A stretch of DNA of 64,000 nucleotides, taken from contig NC_043003.1 of the NCBI RefSeq assembly GCF_006345805.1, positions 32,302,001 through 32,366,000 of the forward strand. The letters are read 5' to 3'. The notes beneath the pieces are model-generated. The model was not told where the DNA came from. It did no database searches and was given only the letters and a program-made list of their open reading frames with translations. This stretch comes from Octopus sinensis (lineage: Eukaryota). The position numbers and the translations under genes were made by a program. Of the stretch, positions 26,490 to 40,689 are shown one piece after another; within the stretch, counting starts at the first letter, position 1, and every line of letters starts with the position of its first letter.

Positions 26490-28872
26490 TATGTTTGACT
26501 TTTGCTTTATGTCTGTACAAGTTGGCTCCAAGTCTCACCCAGAGACCTCAAGAGACAACAGGTTGGAAGTTCATGTTGTTGTTATGCCTAGTGTGCCATA
26601 TATTTGGGTTTTTTTTTTGGTGTTGCACTAGTGAATGTCTAATAAATACATTTTTTAAAATAGTTTCTTTTAAACCTTGGGATTACATAGAGAGTATTTT
26701 GCGTAGGATATGAGCAGTTCCCATGAGCACTATCTTTTGAATTTCTGCCCTTTTGGGGTTTCCTGGTATCTGAGTTAGGTAGCAATCAGCCCCTTTCGCT
26801 ATCATTCCCAGGGCACCTATGACAACAGGTATTGTTTTAGTCTTCAGGTTCCACATTTTGCTGATTTCTATTTCAAGATCTTTATATTTGCTCAGTTTTT
26901 GGTAGGTCTTGACAAATACGTTTATATCGATTGGGACAGTCATATCAATGAGGAGGCATGTTCTTTGTCTGAAGTCTTTCAATATGATGTCTCGCCTATT
27001 TGCATCTATCTTTCTGTCAGTTTGAATGGTGAAGTTCCAGAGGAGTGAGATGAGGTCATTTTCAAGCACTGGAGGTGGATTGTGTTCCTACCAGTTTTTT
27101 TCATGGGGCAAATCCAGGTTTTTGCAAATTACCCAGTGAATATATTGTGCAGCTCTATCATGCCTGTTGAGGTACTCTGTAGACGCTAGAAGACTGCATT
27201 TGGAGACAACATGATCAATGATTTCATTTTGTTGTCGGCATGCACGACATGTTGGGCTACTGCCGTTCCTTAATATGTTGGCCTGGTAGTTTCTTGTTGG
27301 TAGGCATTGATCTTGAGCTGCTATGATAAACCCTTCTGTTTCAGATTTTAAGCCAGAGGCCATTAGCCATTGATGGGTCAGGGCTTTGTCAATATCTGCA
27401 TTATTCGCTCTCTTTGGGTATTTGCCATAGAGAGGTTTTTCTTGCCATTTATTATTCAGAATATCTAAGGCCGCGGTTTTGGCACGGGTTTTAATGCGGC
27501 TAGCTTTTTCTGTACTTGTTTCTTGTATGTCTATCTCTAATTCCGACATTTGTTGTATTCGGAATTCACTTAGATATTCCTTTGCCTGTTTTGTGACTGA
27601 GTATGATGCTTTCTTGTTTTCATGTTTTGAGACAAGTTTTAACATCCAGTCCTCAGACTTTTTCAGGTAGGTGTCTAGGGCAATTGTAGCAATCTTCATT
27701 GTGACTGCCAGTTGTAAAAGACCACGGCCTCCCTCTTTTCTTGGCAGATAAAGTCGTTCTGTATCTGCCTTAGGGTGGTGCATTCTATGCATCGTCAACA
27801 GTTTTCGTATTTTTCTGTCGAGCTGACATATTTCAGTAAGTGACCAGTTAACGATATTAAAACTGTAAGTCACGACTGGTATGGCTAATGCATTGATCGT
27901 TTCAATCCTGTTTCTTGCATTCAGCTCTGTCTTGAGTATTGCTCTCATTCTTCGATAACATTCTCTCCTGATCCTTTCCTTCATCTCTGAATGCCTTATT
28001 CCGTTCCCTTCAATTACCCCTAGGTACTTGTAGCTCTCCGCTGGGTCTAGTTCTTTTATGACATTCTGCTGGTCAAGGTTAACGTTAGATGTTTCTGTCA
28101 TTTTTCCTTTGATAAAGGTAGCTTTTGCACATTTATCGAGGCCGAATTGCATTCTGATGACGTCACTTAATTTTTGGACTATCGCTAGTAAGCCCTTGAG
28201 TTGTTGGTCATTTTTTGCAAAAAGCTTTAAATCATCCATATAAATGAGATGATTTATATTTTTATCAAACATTTTATAACCGTACTGCGTGTCATCGAGC
28301 AGTTTTGAGAGATGTATTAAGGCTAAACAAAAGAGGAGTGGTGACAGTGAGTCACCCTGGAAAATGCCACATGAATTTTTTACATCACCAGCATTTAGGA
28401 ATTCATTGTCACTGTTCAGAGTTAGTGTGGTTCTCCATGATCTCATACTTACAGTCAAAAAGTTTCGCAGAGTAGGTGCTATCTTATACATTTCCAGGCA
28501 TTTCCTAATCCAGCTATGTGGTAGGCTATCAAAAGCCTTTTTATAGTCTATCCAGGCTATTGATAAGTTTTTGTGTCGTTTGTGACAATCTTCTAAGATC
28601 ATCTTATTGATGAGTAGTAGATCTTTGCAGCCGTAGGATCCACGTTTACATCCTTTCTGTTCATTAGGGAATATGCTGCTGTCTGTTAAAAAACTATAAG
28701 TATATTCCGTTAGGACAGATGTTAGCGTTTTATACATAGTTGTTAAGCAGGTAATGGGTCTATAGTTTTTTGGTTCATTTTTGGAAGCAGGAATGTTAAC
28801 CCATTAACTAGCCAAGGAGGCATCCTACTAGGGTGTTGCAAAACATCATTGTACAGTTCTGTTAGCAGTTCA
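26489..28872 (-). mobile_element. Dong/R4-clade non-LTR retrotransposon, 5'-truncated
   Basis: RT motifs (AWIDYKKAFDS, GIFQGDSLSPLLF, YMDDLKL, YKYLG), KSETEGFIIAAQDQ, CCHC knuckle (CRAC...HVVSKC) and RLE (LWNFTIQTD...RDII...LIDMTVP...K..KY...VVIGALG); ~200-bp 3' UTR; flanked by (TAA)n on both sides. Confidence 0.92.
26683..28737 (-). pseudogene. RT-ZnK-RLE ORF of the Dong/R4 element, broken by one in-frame stop
   Basis: ORFs 27088-28737 and 26683-27069 are in the same frame, separated by TAG (NW*EH); a frameshift near 28780 joins upstream PPWLVNGLTFLLPK. Confidence 0.88.
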
Positions 28873-28900
28873 GTTATTATTATTATTATTATTATTATTA

Positions 28901-28930
<30 letters not shown>

Positions 28931-28931
<1 letters not shown>

Positions 28932-29163
28932 GCGTGAGTGAGCAGTGCATGCCGTCGAAGTGACGCTGGGGTAAAATATACGAAGCCCAGTATACCCATC
29001 ATGACTACTCGATTGATAAGGGTACACCAGGCACATGCATCACAACCATATGTGTGCGACATGGTGATCTCATATCAAGATAAACAGCGCATGACCTTCC
29101 AGGTGGGGCACAGTTAGATTTTTTTCTGGTCGAGTAGCCCATCCCGCTCAAATGGTCCCTGAA
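28931..29163 (-). mobile_element. 3' end of an unclassified retroelement/SINE ending in (AAT)n
   Basis: GC-richer block directly followed (minus strand) by (AAT)n at 28873-28930; resembles a common octopus repeat from memory only. Confidence 0.4.
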
Positions 29164-29164
29164 A

Positions 29165-30620
29165 AAATATTGTCTTCAATACCTGGCAGCCGAACGGGAG
29201 TGTTCCTGCATCCATGAGCCAGGGAGTGGTGGCACTCATCAGAAAGGGCCCAAACAAGGGGGTGTAATTGTCAACTTTAGGCCCCTCACTCCCTTTAAGG
29301 CAGAGTTGAAGATTCTGGCCAAAGTTGTAACGAAAAGATTGACGAAAGTCGTGGATAGTTTCATCGGGGAGGCACAAACCTGCGCCAAGCCAGGCAGGAC
29401 CATACACGATAATCACCTTATACGCAATACATTATAACGGATAAATAAGGCTGGAACGTAGGTCCATTTAGACCAACTTAAAGCTTTTGATTTGGTAGAC
29501 CATCAGTATCTGGCAGCAGCCCTCGAGGCGGTCAGTTTTAGCCCGACACTTTGCAGCTGGATCAACGCTTTATATATTAACATCAAGTCGGTATTTGGGG
29601 TGAACGGTTTCTTTTCGGAGCTGTTCAATATCGAACGCTATGTTCGTCAGGGTTGTCCACTCTGGCCCTGCTATATGTATTGGCTCTCGAGCCACTGCTG
29701 CAAAGATTGGAGGCGACGAGTGGAGACCCGCAAGACGTAGGGTATGGAAAGTCACTCACTGCGAATCCAGGGACAATGACCTACAGGGGGTACGTGAGGC
29801 CCTAAATGATTATGAAGCGGTATCAGGAGCAAGAGTTAACCGGGATAAGTCGCTCGGCTTGCAGCTCTGCATCTGGAGAGGCAAGTCTGTGACGTCCAAC
29901 AGCGTCGTCGAGAAAATGCTTGGAGTCTGGATTGGTTCAGACCTCCAGATAGAGAAGAATTGGAGCGAGATTACAGGCAGAGTGGCGTCTATAACTCAGA
30001 TCTAGTCTCGGTGGAGGCTATCCCTGAAAGGGAGGGCGGAGGCGGCAAATGTGTATATCGCATCTGTCATTACCTAACTCCTAACCCGTGTCCCGTTCGT
30101 GCCCTGTTCGTGGCTAAACAAGTTGGAACGCATGCTGTTTAACGTCTTGCGAGAGGGTAGGCGGCCTTTTGTAAGGCGCTCTATCTGCTGCCAACAGCCG
30201 CTAAAGGGTGGGTTAGGGATGGCGTGGCTAAAGATGCGCAAGCATGCGTTGATGTTGAGGTATCTCTGGCTCGACCTCGATGGTGAATAGATGTAGTCTC
30301 GGTTGGTTGATGAGAGATTTCCCAGGCTTACCTCTTTTGGTGAACTGGAATGCTGAATCAGGCGTAGACTAAGGCTGGGAGCTTGGCAAGCAGAGTGTCG
30401 ACAGGAGGTCGTGCTTCCCTCCCGAACGATTAATGTCGAACGAGGAGGTACCACCTTGGCCTACTATAGAGGGCTGCTAGAGGGCAAGTGTTATGACGGC
30501 CTGGGGGAGACTCTGGGTTTCGATGACAGTCAGCTTGCCAACCTGCTATGAATGACTTTCGGCGTGGGATCTATGGGCAACTCCCAGAGATCCCTGGCGT
30601 GGCTGTGCGTCTGGAGTGCA
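29165..30620 (+). mobile_element. L1/Tx1-like LINE RT fragment, decayed
   Basis: GVVALIRKG, ELKILAKV..KRL, LDQLKAFDLVDHQYL, VRQGCPL, EKNWSEI, CCQQPLKGGLGM; stops and frameshifts. Confidence 0.8.
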
Positions 30621-31180
30621 GCATCCATGAACGAGGAACACTGCCGAATGCTTTCTGGTAATCAAATAAAGTAATGTTCAGATTTGTCTTTCTCCACTCC
30701 ACTTACAGTCCTCTATAATTGTTCGGTTTACTAGAAGTTGCTCATTACAGCAATACATCCTTCTCGGGCACCCTTTTTGTTTTTCTGGCAAGACATTGTT
30801 GTTTTCCAGGTGCTTTATAAGCCCGTTATAGATGACTGATATTAGGGTTTTGTAGGATGCTGATAGGCATGCTATTGTTCTGGAACTTTGTGGGTGTACT
30901 GTGTCTTTGTTTTGGGGAATTAGGGTGATTTGCTTTTCCAATATCCAGTTTGATGTTGATTCTGGCTCATTTATCAATAAATTGAACGCTGCTGCTAAGT
31001 GTTAATGGGGTACTAGTGAAGTGTTTCAACTAGAAGTTGGGGACCTTGTCTATCCCCAGGGTTTTCCAGTTGCTGATACTCCTCAGTGTATCCATGATCT
31101 CTTGGCCTGTGATGGTGGGCCATATCTGTTGTTCTATTGTGTTTTTCCTTTCCTTTTCCCCGCTAATCCACTGAGCATTT
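30620..31180 (-). mobile_element. second Dong/R4-like RT fragment (different subfamily)
   Basis: NWKTLGIDKVPNF, ITLIPQNKDT...RTIACL...YKTL...EKQKGC...QLL...DYQKAFGSVP. Confidence 0.8.
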
Positions 31181-31274
31181 TAGTTTTTTTCTTCCTTTTT
31201 TTTTGGTTTACTCCATATTGCTTCTCAGTATGACTGAATCACTGATGTTGTTGGCAATGGCATCTATCGATATA

Positions 31275-31500
31275 GCGCTGGCAGAATCGTTAGGACGCCT
31301 GGCCAAATGCTTAGCGGTATTTCATCTGTCTATACGTTCTGAGTTCAAATTCCGTCGAGGTCGGCTTTGCCTTTCATCCTTTCGGGGTCGGGAAATTAAG
31401 TACCAGTTACGCACTGTGGTCGATGTAACCGACTATCCCCCTCCACCAAAGTTTTCAGGCCTTGTGCCTATCGCAGAAAAGATTATTATTATTAGTAATA
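31275..31500 (+). mobile_element. SINE family B
   Basis: gctggcagaatcgttagg...ttctgagttcaaattcc...aattaagtaccag. Confidence 0.8.
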
Positions 31501-32484
31501 GCTGTTGCTGCTGCTTTGGTAACACCGAGCATTGGCATGAAAGGAAGCTTCAATTTTCGCTTTGGAAATTTGAACCTTTTTAGCATGTTGCATCTGAAAT
31601 GAGACGTCTTTCCATTGAAATATTTTATTTAGTTACACGGAGGAACTAACCTACATCTTTTTCACGAGTTTTTCGTTTTGCCCGATTTCTCAAGGATCTT
31701 TTTTTGTTTTAAAGTGCATGTACAAATTTCATTACTTACTTTTAAAGGAAACTGGATCCCTGTTAAGGAATACTATTTTAACTGGAAAGAAATGTGTAAA
31801 AGAGAACTTCCCGAAAATAGTAAGGGAAATAAAGCGGAAGAAATAAATATACAAACTGTTTCTTTTAGTCACTGATGTGGTGAAGACAACTGCTGTCAAT
31901 GTTTCAGTAAACAACACTGTCATCTTTCAGATAGATTTCAGATGTACTGTTGGAAAAATAAGCATATTCGAAATGAAGAACCTGGTCAAAAACCTTACGA
32001 ACAGGTAAAACTTCGAGGTAGACAAGAAAAATAACCGAAAGTTCAACAACAGAAACAACAGCAAAAATATTTCAGCACGAAACCAACAATTTTTATGGGA
32101 GGAAATGTATCGATACAACTGATTGTACAGAACTTGAATGGAATTTTATTTCAACAATTCCATAAGGATAATAGGTAATGATAACGTCGAGAGGATATGA
32201 ACACAGAATGCAGAATGTAAAAAGCCGGTACAAATCGCCCGTGCTGGAAAGATTCTGCTATTTCACCGTCTTTACAACAAACCATACAACAACGCAATGA
32301 TAATAATAACAACAATGAACATATCAAAAAGTAGTTTACGTTTGTGTGTGACAAAAATCAGTGTCCCTGGAAGGAAAATATCTCTAAGTTAGAAATTTTG
32401 CATGTGATGTAACAGCATTCAGCGTCAGGAAAGTTATGTAGGAGGGAGTAAACGAAACGAAAAATAAAAGAGAGAAAAACAATC

Positions 32485-32768
32485 TGAGTGACTGTGCGGT
32501 AAGTAGCTTGCTAACAACCATATGTAGGTGTCTTCTACTAGAGCCTCGGGCCGGCCAAAGCCTTGTGATTTGATTTGGTATACAGAAACTGAAAGAAACT
32601 CGTCATGTATATATATATATATATATATATATATGGGGGTGTTGTGAATGTGTGTGTATGTGTTTGTCTCCCAATATCGCTTGACAACCGATGCTGGTGT
32701 ATCTACGTTTACAAGCGGTACTCCAGCATGGCCAGAGTTAAATTACTGAAACAAGTAAAAGAGTAAAT
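32485..32768 (+). mobile_element. SINE family A, internally deleted
   Basis: Head, (TA)n and tail homologous to 41395-41796. Confidence 0.7.
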
Positions 32769-34059
32769 GTTCCAACTGAATAGAGCAGAGGTTGTAACAT
32801 CCAAAAACTGAAATATAGGTGCAAGAGATGCAGTTCGAAATAATAGACTGCGTTGCAGGCAATGAATTTGGAATACTTGTAGCCATTTAAAATGCAAGAT
32901 GGGGGTAGAATTGTGGAAATAACTGCTTGATCATCTCAAGAGCTGATCATTCTTCTTGAAAGCAGAAAATACTGAAAAATCATACTGAACAAGTACGAAG
33001 CAAGACTAGCATGATCGGAGGAACAAGAAGGGTTTAAAGAAAATTGAATGTGTACTGACAAAGCAAAATGTAAATATCGCTAAAGTTTCAGTTACTGATC
33101 ATCCCTGAGTGCCTGGCAGACCGATTGTTATCGAAAGGTTAAAAGAAATAGAGTGGGATAGGAAAATCTGAAATGCAACAAAGGCAACAATTAAGAAGCG
33201 TAGAAAGGTTCACAACATGTAGCAACGCCACAGTTAAAATCACCCCAAAAATCAATTGCCTGTACATCACTGGCACTCATCTAGCTTTTAAATCTGGCTA
33301 GAACTTAGAATACCCTCAAATAATCCGATTCGTTGGTAGTGAAAATGCTGCCAAGAAGGAAATGAGAACAGAAGGATATGTACTATGGTAAGAATCACTG
33401 AAGGAGGTGCGGTCAAACAGGTCAACTACTCAACAAACTAACAGCCATCACAACAATAACAATATCCACAATAACACGAACAATAACATTAACAACAACA
33501 AAATCAGAGCATCAACAGAGCAACAAAAGTATCAGAAAAAGAAACTACAAGCAAAATAACGACTAGAGAAATCCACAGCGATAGCAAAAGATTCACAAAA
33601 AACGGCAGTAGTATATGCCAAATTGACTATAATTATAGCAACAACTAAAAGATAAGCCCATAAACTAAGCATCTCTCTGAAAGTTTAAAGAGAATTTGAT
33701 TGAGTATGTATGCTCCAAAAGAGACACTATTTGTACTTCAGGTGGGGTCCCGAACAAAATAACCATAAGAAACCCCACAATTAAGAATTCTTGTGTATCG
33801 CCCCCTTCGGAGAATTTACTCGACGTGAAAAGCTTTAAACATCTTTTAAATAAAGGATTTTGGCGGTCCCTTACTAAGCTATCTATAAAGAAAACCAGGA
33901 AATCAGACAATCGCCTTTACTTGTCTTTTTCGATTTCACCTGCAATATAAACTTAGGTCGCTTGAGGTTGGCTTCGAAGCATGCAATCTTGCTCCACGAC
34001 TTCAGACCACTAAGTCTAGATGAGCCAATTAACAAATATTATAATTTTAACATTAAAGC

Positions 34060-34681
34060 AGTAAGCTGGTAGAATCGTTACCACACCGGCCAGAATGCTT
34101 AGATCTATTTCCTTCATTTTTACATTCTGGGTTCAAATTGCGTCGAGGTCGAATTTTGCCTTCCGTTCTCTCTGGGTTTCACTAGAATCAGTACACCACA
34201 AAATGTCAGGCCATACATCAATCGTAGACAGGATTATTATTATTATCGAAGTTGAAGGCGGCGAGCTGGCAGAATCGTTAGCACGCTGGACGAAATGCTT
34301 AGAGGTATCTCGCATGTCACTACGTCCTAAGTTCAAATACTGCCGAGATCGACTTTGCCTTTCATCCTTTCGGGCTTGATAAATTAAGAACCAGTGAATG
34401 TCGATGTAATCAACTTATTCCCTCCCCAGAGAAGTGGCTACCCTTGTGGAAAAATTTGAAACCATTATTATTATTGAAAATGGCGAGATGGCAGAATTGT
34501 TGACAAATTTGAAAGTACGCTTAGCGGGATTTCTTCCGACTTATAACGTTATGAGTTCAAATGCTGTGGAGGACGGCTTAACTTTTCGTTATTTCGGAAT
34601 TGATAAAATAACTACCAGTTACACACAGAGCTTAATGTAATCACCTTGTTCCCTCCCACCACAAAACAAATTCTGGCCTTG

Positions 34682-34690
<9 letters not shown>
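34060..34690 (+). mobile_element. three head-to-tail SINE family B copies, followed by (TTA)n
   Basis: Repeated gctggcagaatcgtta-like heads at ~34065, ~34260 and ~34485. Confidence 0.7.
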
Positions 34691-34757
<67 letters not shown>

Positions 34758-35396
34758 TAATTTCGCTATCCTGCATAAAGATATACAGAAACTGTTATAG
34801 CCCTGTTAACTCATCTGGACAAAATTATTTATTCTTTGTCCACCTTGAATATCAAACAGAAAACCGACCTATAGAAGTTTTCCCTTCTTTTTGGTTTGGC
34901 GTTATCCGTATATTTAGAAACAAAATTTAATTTGTTTCTCAGATGCTTCTGCTTTTTGTCCAAAGCTCTCATGAGCGCATTGCAGATATATCATGGAGAA
35001 ATTTGGCACTCTGTTGAGACATTAGTTATTTTAATGTCTAAGTAGATTCATTGAATGTTATTCTGCTACATTATTCTCCATTATCTTTTATTTTCAGATT
35101 TTCTCTGCTCACCCGTCAATTTGAATTTAATTTATTACTCACCTTTATATTTGTCAGCTTTCTTTATTTCTAGGATTGTATGTGATGTTGTTAGCTAGCA
35201 TCATTTTCTGTTTATCTTGTTTCCTGTAGAAAAAAATCTCTTTTCAAATTGTTCTTTCCATCTTAAAGAACATTCATGTGTTAAATCCATCTTCTTGGCT
35301 CAAACTAGCGATGGCAGCTCAAAGGCGGTCTCTCGATTTACTAGTAATACTAGTAGAAATTTTCTCTCTCTCCCACTCTCTCTCTCTTTCTCTCTG

Positions 35397-35475
<79 letters not shown>

Positions 35476-35807
35476 TAAATACACACAAACACACACAAGC
35501 TCTTCCGGCACACACTTTCCCTCTGAAATCCTACATTATCATCTAAAGAAGGACGGATATATTAGATCATATTATACTTCATGTCGCAAATGGGTTGTTC
35601 AGAGTCAGAACGCTTTGATTTTAACTAATCGATCAGAGGCTGCTTTCAGATAAACAGCAACCACAAAAGCAAAGGCAGCAACAAATACAACATCAACATC
35701 CGCCCCCCCCCTCACCTTGCTCAATGTTACTTCATCGATTCACTTCTTACGAAACAGCCTTTAATTATAAAACAGCCGAATTTAAAGCTCCTGTAGATTC
35801 CATACAC

Positions 35808-35855
<48 letters not shown>

Positions 35856-36105
35856 CTAATGTAGGATAAATTTTTTTCGAAAAAAACAACTTTATTAATG
35901 GCCAGCATATTAAAAAATACCTTAAAAGGTTAAATTTATAACTAACTTATAAAATAAGGACTAAAGAAAAATTCTAATGCCAAATATGTCGAAATTAGAC
36001 AAATTGCCAATAACCATATAATTTATAATTATAATGGTTATTGACAATTTGTCTAATTTCGGCGTATTCGGCATTTGAATTTTTCCTTTGCCCTTATTTT
36101 ATAAG

Positions 36106-36171
<66 letters not shown>

Positions 36172-37002
36172 CCCTTCCATATCATTGAAAGTTCTAATCA
36201 TACTGAAGTCGTTTTTACAATTTATCACTCCAATTGTTTTTAAAAATAGATATCGTTTGCTTGGATGAAATACCTCAACGCGGCGAATTTGCAGCACTGC
36301 CCCGCGGGATTTGTGCTGACTTTATTAAATCTGATTTCAAATCCCACCAAGGTGAGCTTCGCATTTCCTCTTTGATGGAATAATAATCCATGGCTGTAAG
36401 TAGGCACCACTATATGAAAGTCGGACTGATTCCTTTGCGGTAATTATTCCATCATATTGCGTTCAGTACATATCCAAAGTTCTTGGGTGATACACTTAAT
36501 CCTTTGCCCGGTTTAAGTCCACCACTTCGGTTATCGTTAGCAGGATGCATTCTGCTTCAAGTATTTGTGCCAGGTCCCTGGTTTAATGATCCCTCCCTCC
36601 ATTCCTTTCACCCATCTCCAAATCTCTGTGAAAGGCCATCGACAGGAATTTTGCTCTGGACTGAAAAAGGAAAAAGAAATTTATTACCTTGAATCAGTGC
36701 AGGAATTTATATTTTTTTAATATAATACTTTATTCTTTTTTATCTATTTCATTTATAGTTTACATATTTTCTCTTGACACAAATGTCATTCTTGTCATTC
36801 CAAAATAGAAATGTTATAGATTGATCAATTCGCACACACGAACGCTGACCCTGCAGTCAACTAATAGAATAGCTGTTGCTTTATATATCACTTCCATTCT
36901 GTTTATAGTTACAAAGTTCATGTTATTCCATTCCCATATATTTCACGTGTTCTATTATTATATATTATATTTCGTCACTTCATGCTTGTTTCCTTCTGCT
37001 TA

Positions 37003-37080
<78 letters not shown>

Positions 37081-39304
37081 ACATATATATATATCGTGTT
37101 GTATATCTTCATAACTGTTTGCATTTCTCTCTTTCCTATCTCCATCTTACTCTTTGCTTTCGTCTCAAAGTTATTCTCATATCCTTTGGCAATCTACATT
37201 AACAAATCAAGAAGCTCTATTGATACAGGGAGAAGAATATTCATGAATAGTTTATTATGGGGAAGAAAGCATATATACGTTGAATACAGTTTGCATAACA
37301 ATTAAGTATATTGAGAGAATATTAGAGTATTGTTTGTAAATATGTATTGAGATTTTTGGGGGTATTTGGTGATATTAGTACAGAGGATGAATATTGGACA
37401 CTTTCTTTAATATTGTGTTTTTGTACAGTTACTGGAGATCCTAATAAGCTTCGTTAGTTCGTTAATTGAGCCAATTAATTAGTTTTAAGTAATTTTAGTT
37501 CCAGCTATAGAAATTATCTAGACCATAAATGATTTCTACTAACCGTTATACATCTCGTATGTTGGAGATAAGATAAGGCAACTGCTGTGCTATTAATGCT
37601 GCAGAACATGACCACTGGTTTCCTTCTATTATCTCTAGCTAACCAGGTTGCCAATGCCTTAATTGCATGCAAATTTTTAACTATTCGTGCATCTTGCGGT
37701 TATCTCTCAGTTTCATATTTTGAGTTAGCAATAAATGCAACCAGGCGGTTATAATACCGTCCATGAAAGTGGAAAGGAGTATACTAAATCAAGAGTTTAT
37801 CTTGTATGTTATTTTATTCGCTTGTATTCGTCTTTCAAGTACATTTACACATCCGTGTAAGTATATAACTTACAGGCTCATAAAAATATCCTGTGTTATA
37901 AACACACGTTCACATACACCACACTTACTCATATGCAGTAATGAATATTTGGGCTTAGTTTTAGCTTATAATAAAAGTTTATGGTGGTGTATGTGTCAAG
38001 TCCACACATACATCTTAAACAGAAATTTATTGGAAGCATGCCATGAACTTGATGTTTTACAACTAAGATTTTGCAGTCTTATATATAAATACTCATAGGA
38101 ACCTATCACTTTGTCAATTTTCCAATGAGGTAGTGATGGTCAACGATAAACATTCTTTGATGGAAGATAATTCTGTATTTCCAACGTAAAACGCGCAGGA
38201 AAAATTTTATGAACTTGCTAATTTTCGAACGTTTTTAGAATTTGAATGAATCTTTACCACTAAACATTATTTATTATGCAGAATATAGTGAGATACGTTT
38301 GATCATTGTTAAATTAGAGAAAACACAGTGTTCTATTTCGACAACTATTAGTTACAGTAGTTCCTAATTGTCTATAAAATTAATTCAGAAGTTTTCTCAA
38401 CATTTCTCGATAATTACGATAAATCAAAGAATCTTTTATGATTTCTGTAAAGTGTTTTATAACATCCTGCCTACAAACAAAATTGCTTTGCAGTGGAAAA
38501 TTAATGCCAGTCTTTGCTAGCCATTGTTCATTTGGCGATGCCACAGAATGAAGATATAGAATTAACTCTACTATAACTGGAAATTTAAAAACATGTCTAA
38601 GCAGTAGCCAAATTAAGTATCTGTAAAGGAAAAGAATTAAAAAAAAAAATAATTATATTGAAAGATAAAAGTAATCGTTATAGCGAAACGGAAATGAACA
38701 GTTTTTCTACCATCTTTTAATTGTGAAGTTTTAGCTGTGATTATTTCAAGCACAAATGTGTCTTGAGAATAGCTTGATGGTATTTGTTAATTTAAACACT
38801 TGTTCTTGTATGAAATCCATTTATTGAAACAGATGAGACAGCTTCTGAATGGAGACTGTGTCGTTATATTTCAGTAATATCATTGTTTGCTTCAATGGAT
38901 AAACATGAAAAAGACACGAACGTATTCCTCTATAAAATAAAATCGAAATTTCTTTGTCTTCTTTCGCATGTCTACTGTTAGTAATGAACGAAAGGATGTA
39001 CATTGAATGTATACTTACTATAAACTTATCAGTGCTATGAACCTTTGCAATTTTGTGTCCCTATACAAGTTTGACAAACTACTACTTGCAACTTGTATTT
39101 CTTAGGTTCTAATCTATAATAACTTGCAGCTGTCAATATAGGAGGTTGTACCCAACTACTTTAGATATTGAACTTTCACTAATTACAAAAGTTATTACAA
39201 ATCACAATTACAAATCAAGAGTTGAAATCAGAAGTGTGTGGTGCAGATGTGAATTTGAATTCAGGTAAATATTCCGAAGGAATTTAAATTATTATTTATA
39301 TTCA

Positions 39305-39800
39305 TGGAAGTCGGTGATATGAAAGAATGGTTAGCACGTTTGATAAAATGCTTTGTAACTTTTCTTCCGGCTGTTTTGCGTTCTGAGTTCAAATTTCGCC
39401 GAAGTCGACTTGACTTCCATTCTTTCGTGGTTGATATCATAAAGTACCAGCCGAGTACTGGCCACTCACCTCTAAACTGCTTGTCTTGTACCAAAATAAT
39501 AAGGAATATTTGTATACCGAAGTGGTAGCTAAGACTAGGTCGTTTGGTTCAATTATTATGTTAAAATTACTATTTAGATCAATTTAAGGTCGAATAATCG
39601 GAAGCGTTTTTTAATATTGTTGAGTAAAAAGGTGAGCTGCCAGAATCTTTAGTACGCCTGGCAAAATGCTTCGCAGTATTTCGCCCGTCTTTACATTCTA
39701 AAGCCAACTTTCCCTTTCATCATTTTGGGGTCGATAAAATAACTACCTGTTATACACTGAGGTCGATGTGATCGATTAACCCTGCACACGAAAATTTGAA
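39305..39800 (+). mobile_element. two decayed SINE family B copies
   Basis: ttctgagttcaaatttcgccgaagtcgac and gagctgccagaatc...gtcgataaaat motifs. Confidence 0.6.
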
Positions 39801-40689
39801 ACCAATATAGTTTATTAAAGTATAAACAACTCGTCAGGACTTTACCAGTTAAGTTCTGACTACGAATTACAGCTTCATTCTGAAGCAAGCTCACGAGTCT
39901 AATGACAAAAAGCACGAGGTGATTATATAACCTTCACATGAATTCGTAGGATACGTGAAATAAAATAAATTATAAAATTCTTCGGTTCAATATCCAACGC
40001 TCAGAAAAAATGAATGCTACCTATGAGTGTATTTCAACTAAACGCAATTAATCAAACTGTTTACTTTCGATGTATTTGTTTCATTTGACATAGAACAGTC
40101 GTCAATTTTAGTACATGTTAAAAATTTTGGTTTGGTGGTGAATCGGAACTATGTCCATGATTTCGCAGATCGTCTGGACCTGTGAGTCTGACGCGGTCAG
40201 TGTGCCTCGTTAGTAGCTGCGAGATTACTAATTCGATAAACATAAGGGTAAGAAGGTTATTGTAGATGACTATGTTCAAAGAGTATGGAGTGACTGTTGT
40301 AATTAAATAGAGATGGTGGACAAAATATTTGTGATGAAAATGTGGTAAAGGAATAAGTCTGGAGTGTCTGCGGCGGCGGTTGCGTGAACTCAGGCACCTC
40401 CGAGAAGTAGAGACCACTGTAGTGGCAGAACAAATAGCAGAAAAAAGAGAGACAAAGATTATTTGAGACTGGGGTGGTGTAGACTAATGAGTGACATCAT
40501 ACTAATCAGCCTAGTGGCATTCGTAATGGAGATAATCAAGGGATTTTATATGTTTCGTCTGATTTGTAGAGTGAAAAACAGTGAAAATTTACAAATCATG
40601 TTTGTAAAAATATAGAAATTGTGTATGCTATTAGAGCGACAATACAGTGAGAGTGCTAAACAATTTAATTTTCAAATCATTTGTCATGA

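Noticed and set aside
31941-32003. 63-nt candidate exon MYCWKNKHIRNEEPGQKPYEQ with a zinc-finger-linker-like end
   Set aside because: No C2H2 residues, weak donor and no supporting neighbouring exons
33665-33950. ORF faintly resembling Penelope RT motifs
   Set aside because: Key motifs (FDV.SL, QxxG.xMG) are not matched well enough to call
40118-40420. 99-aa ORF, or alternative frame GLYFSEVPEFTQPP after a minus-strand acceptor
   Set aside because: No suitable donor before the stop and no recognisable domain; more likely transposon subterminal sequence next to the hAT-like remnant
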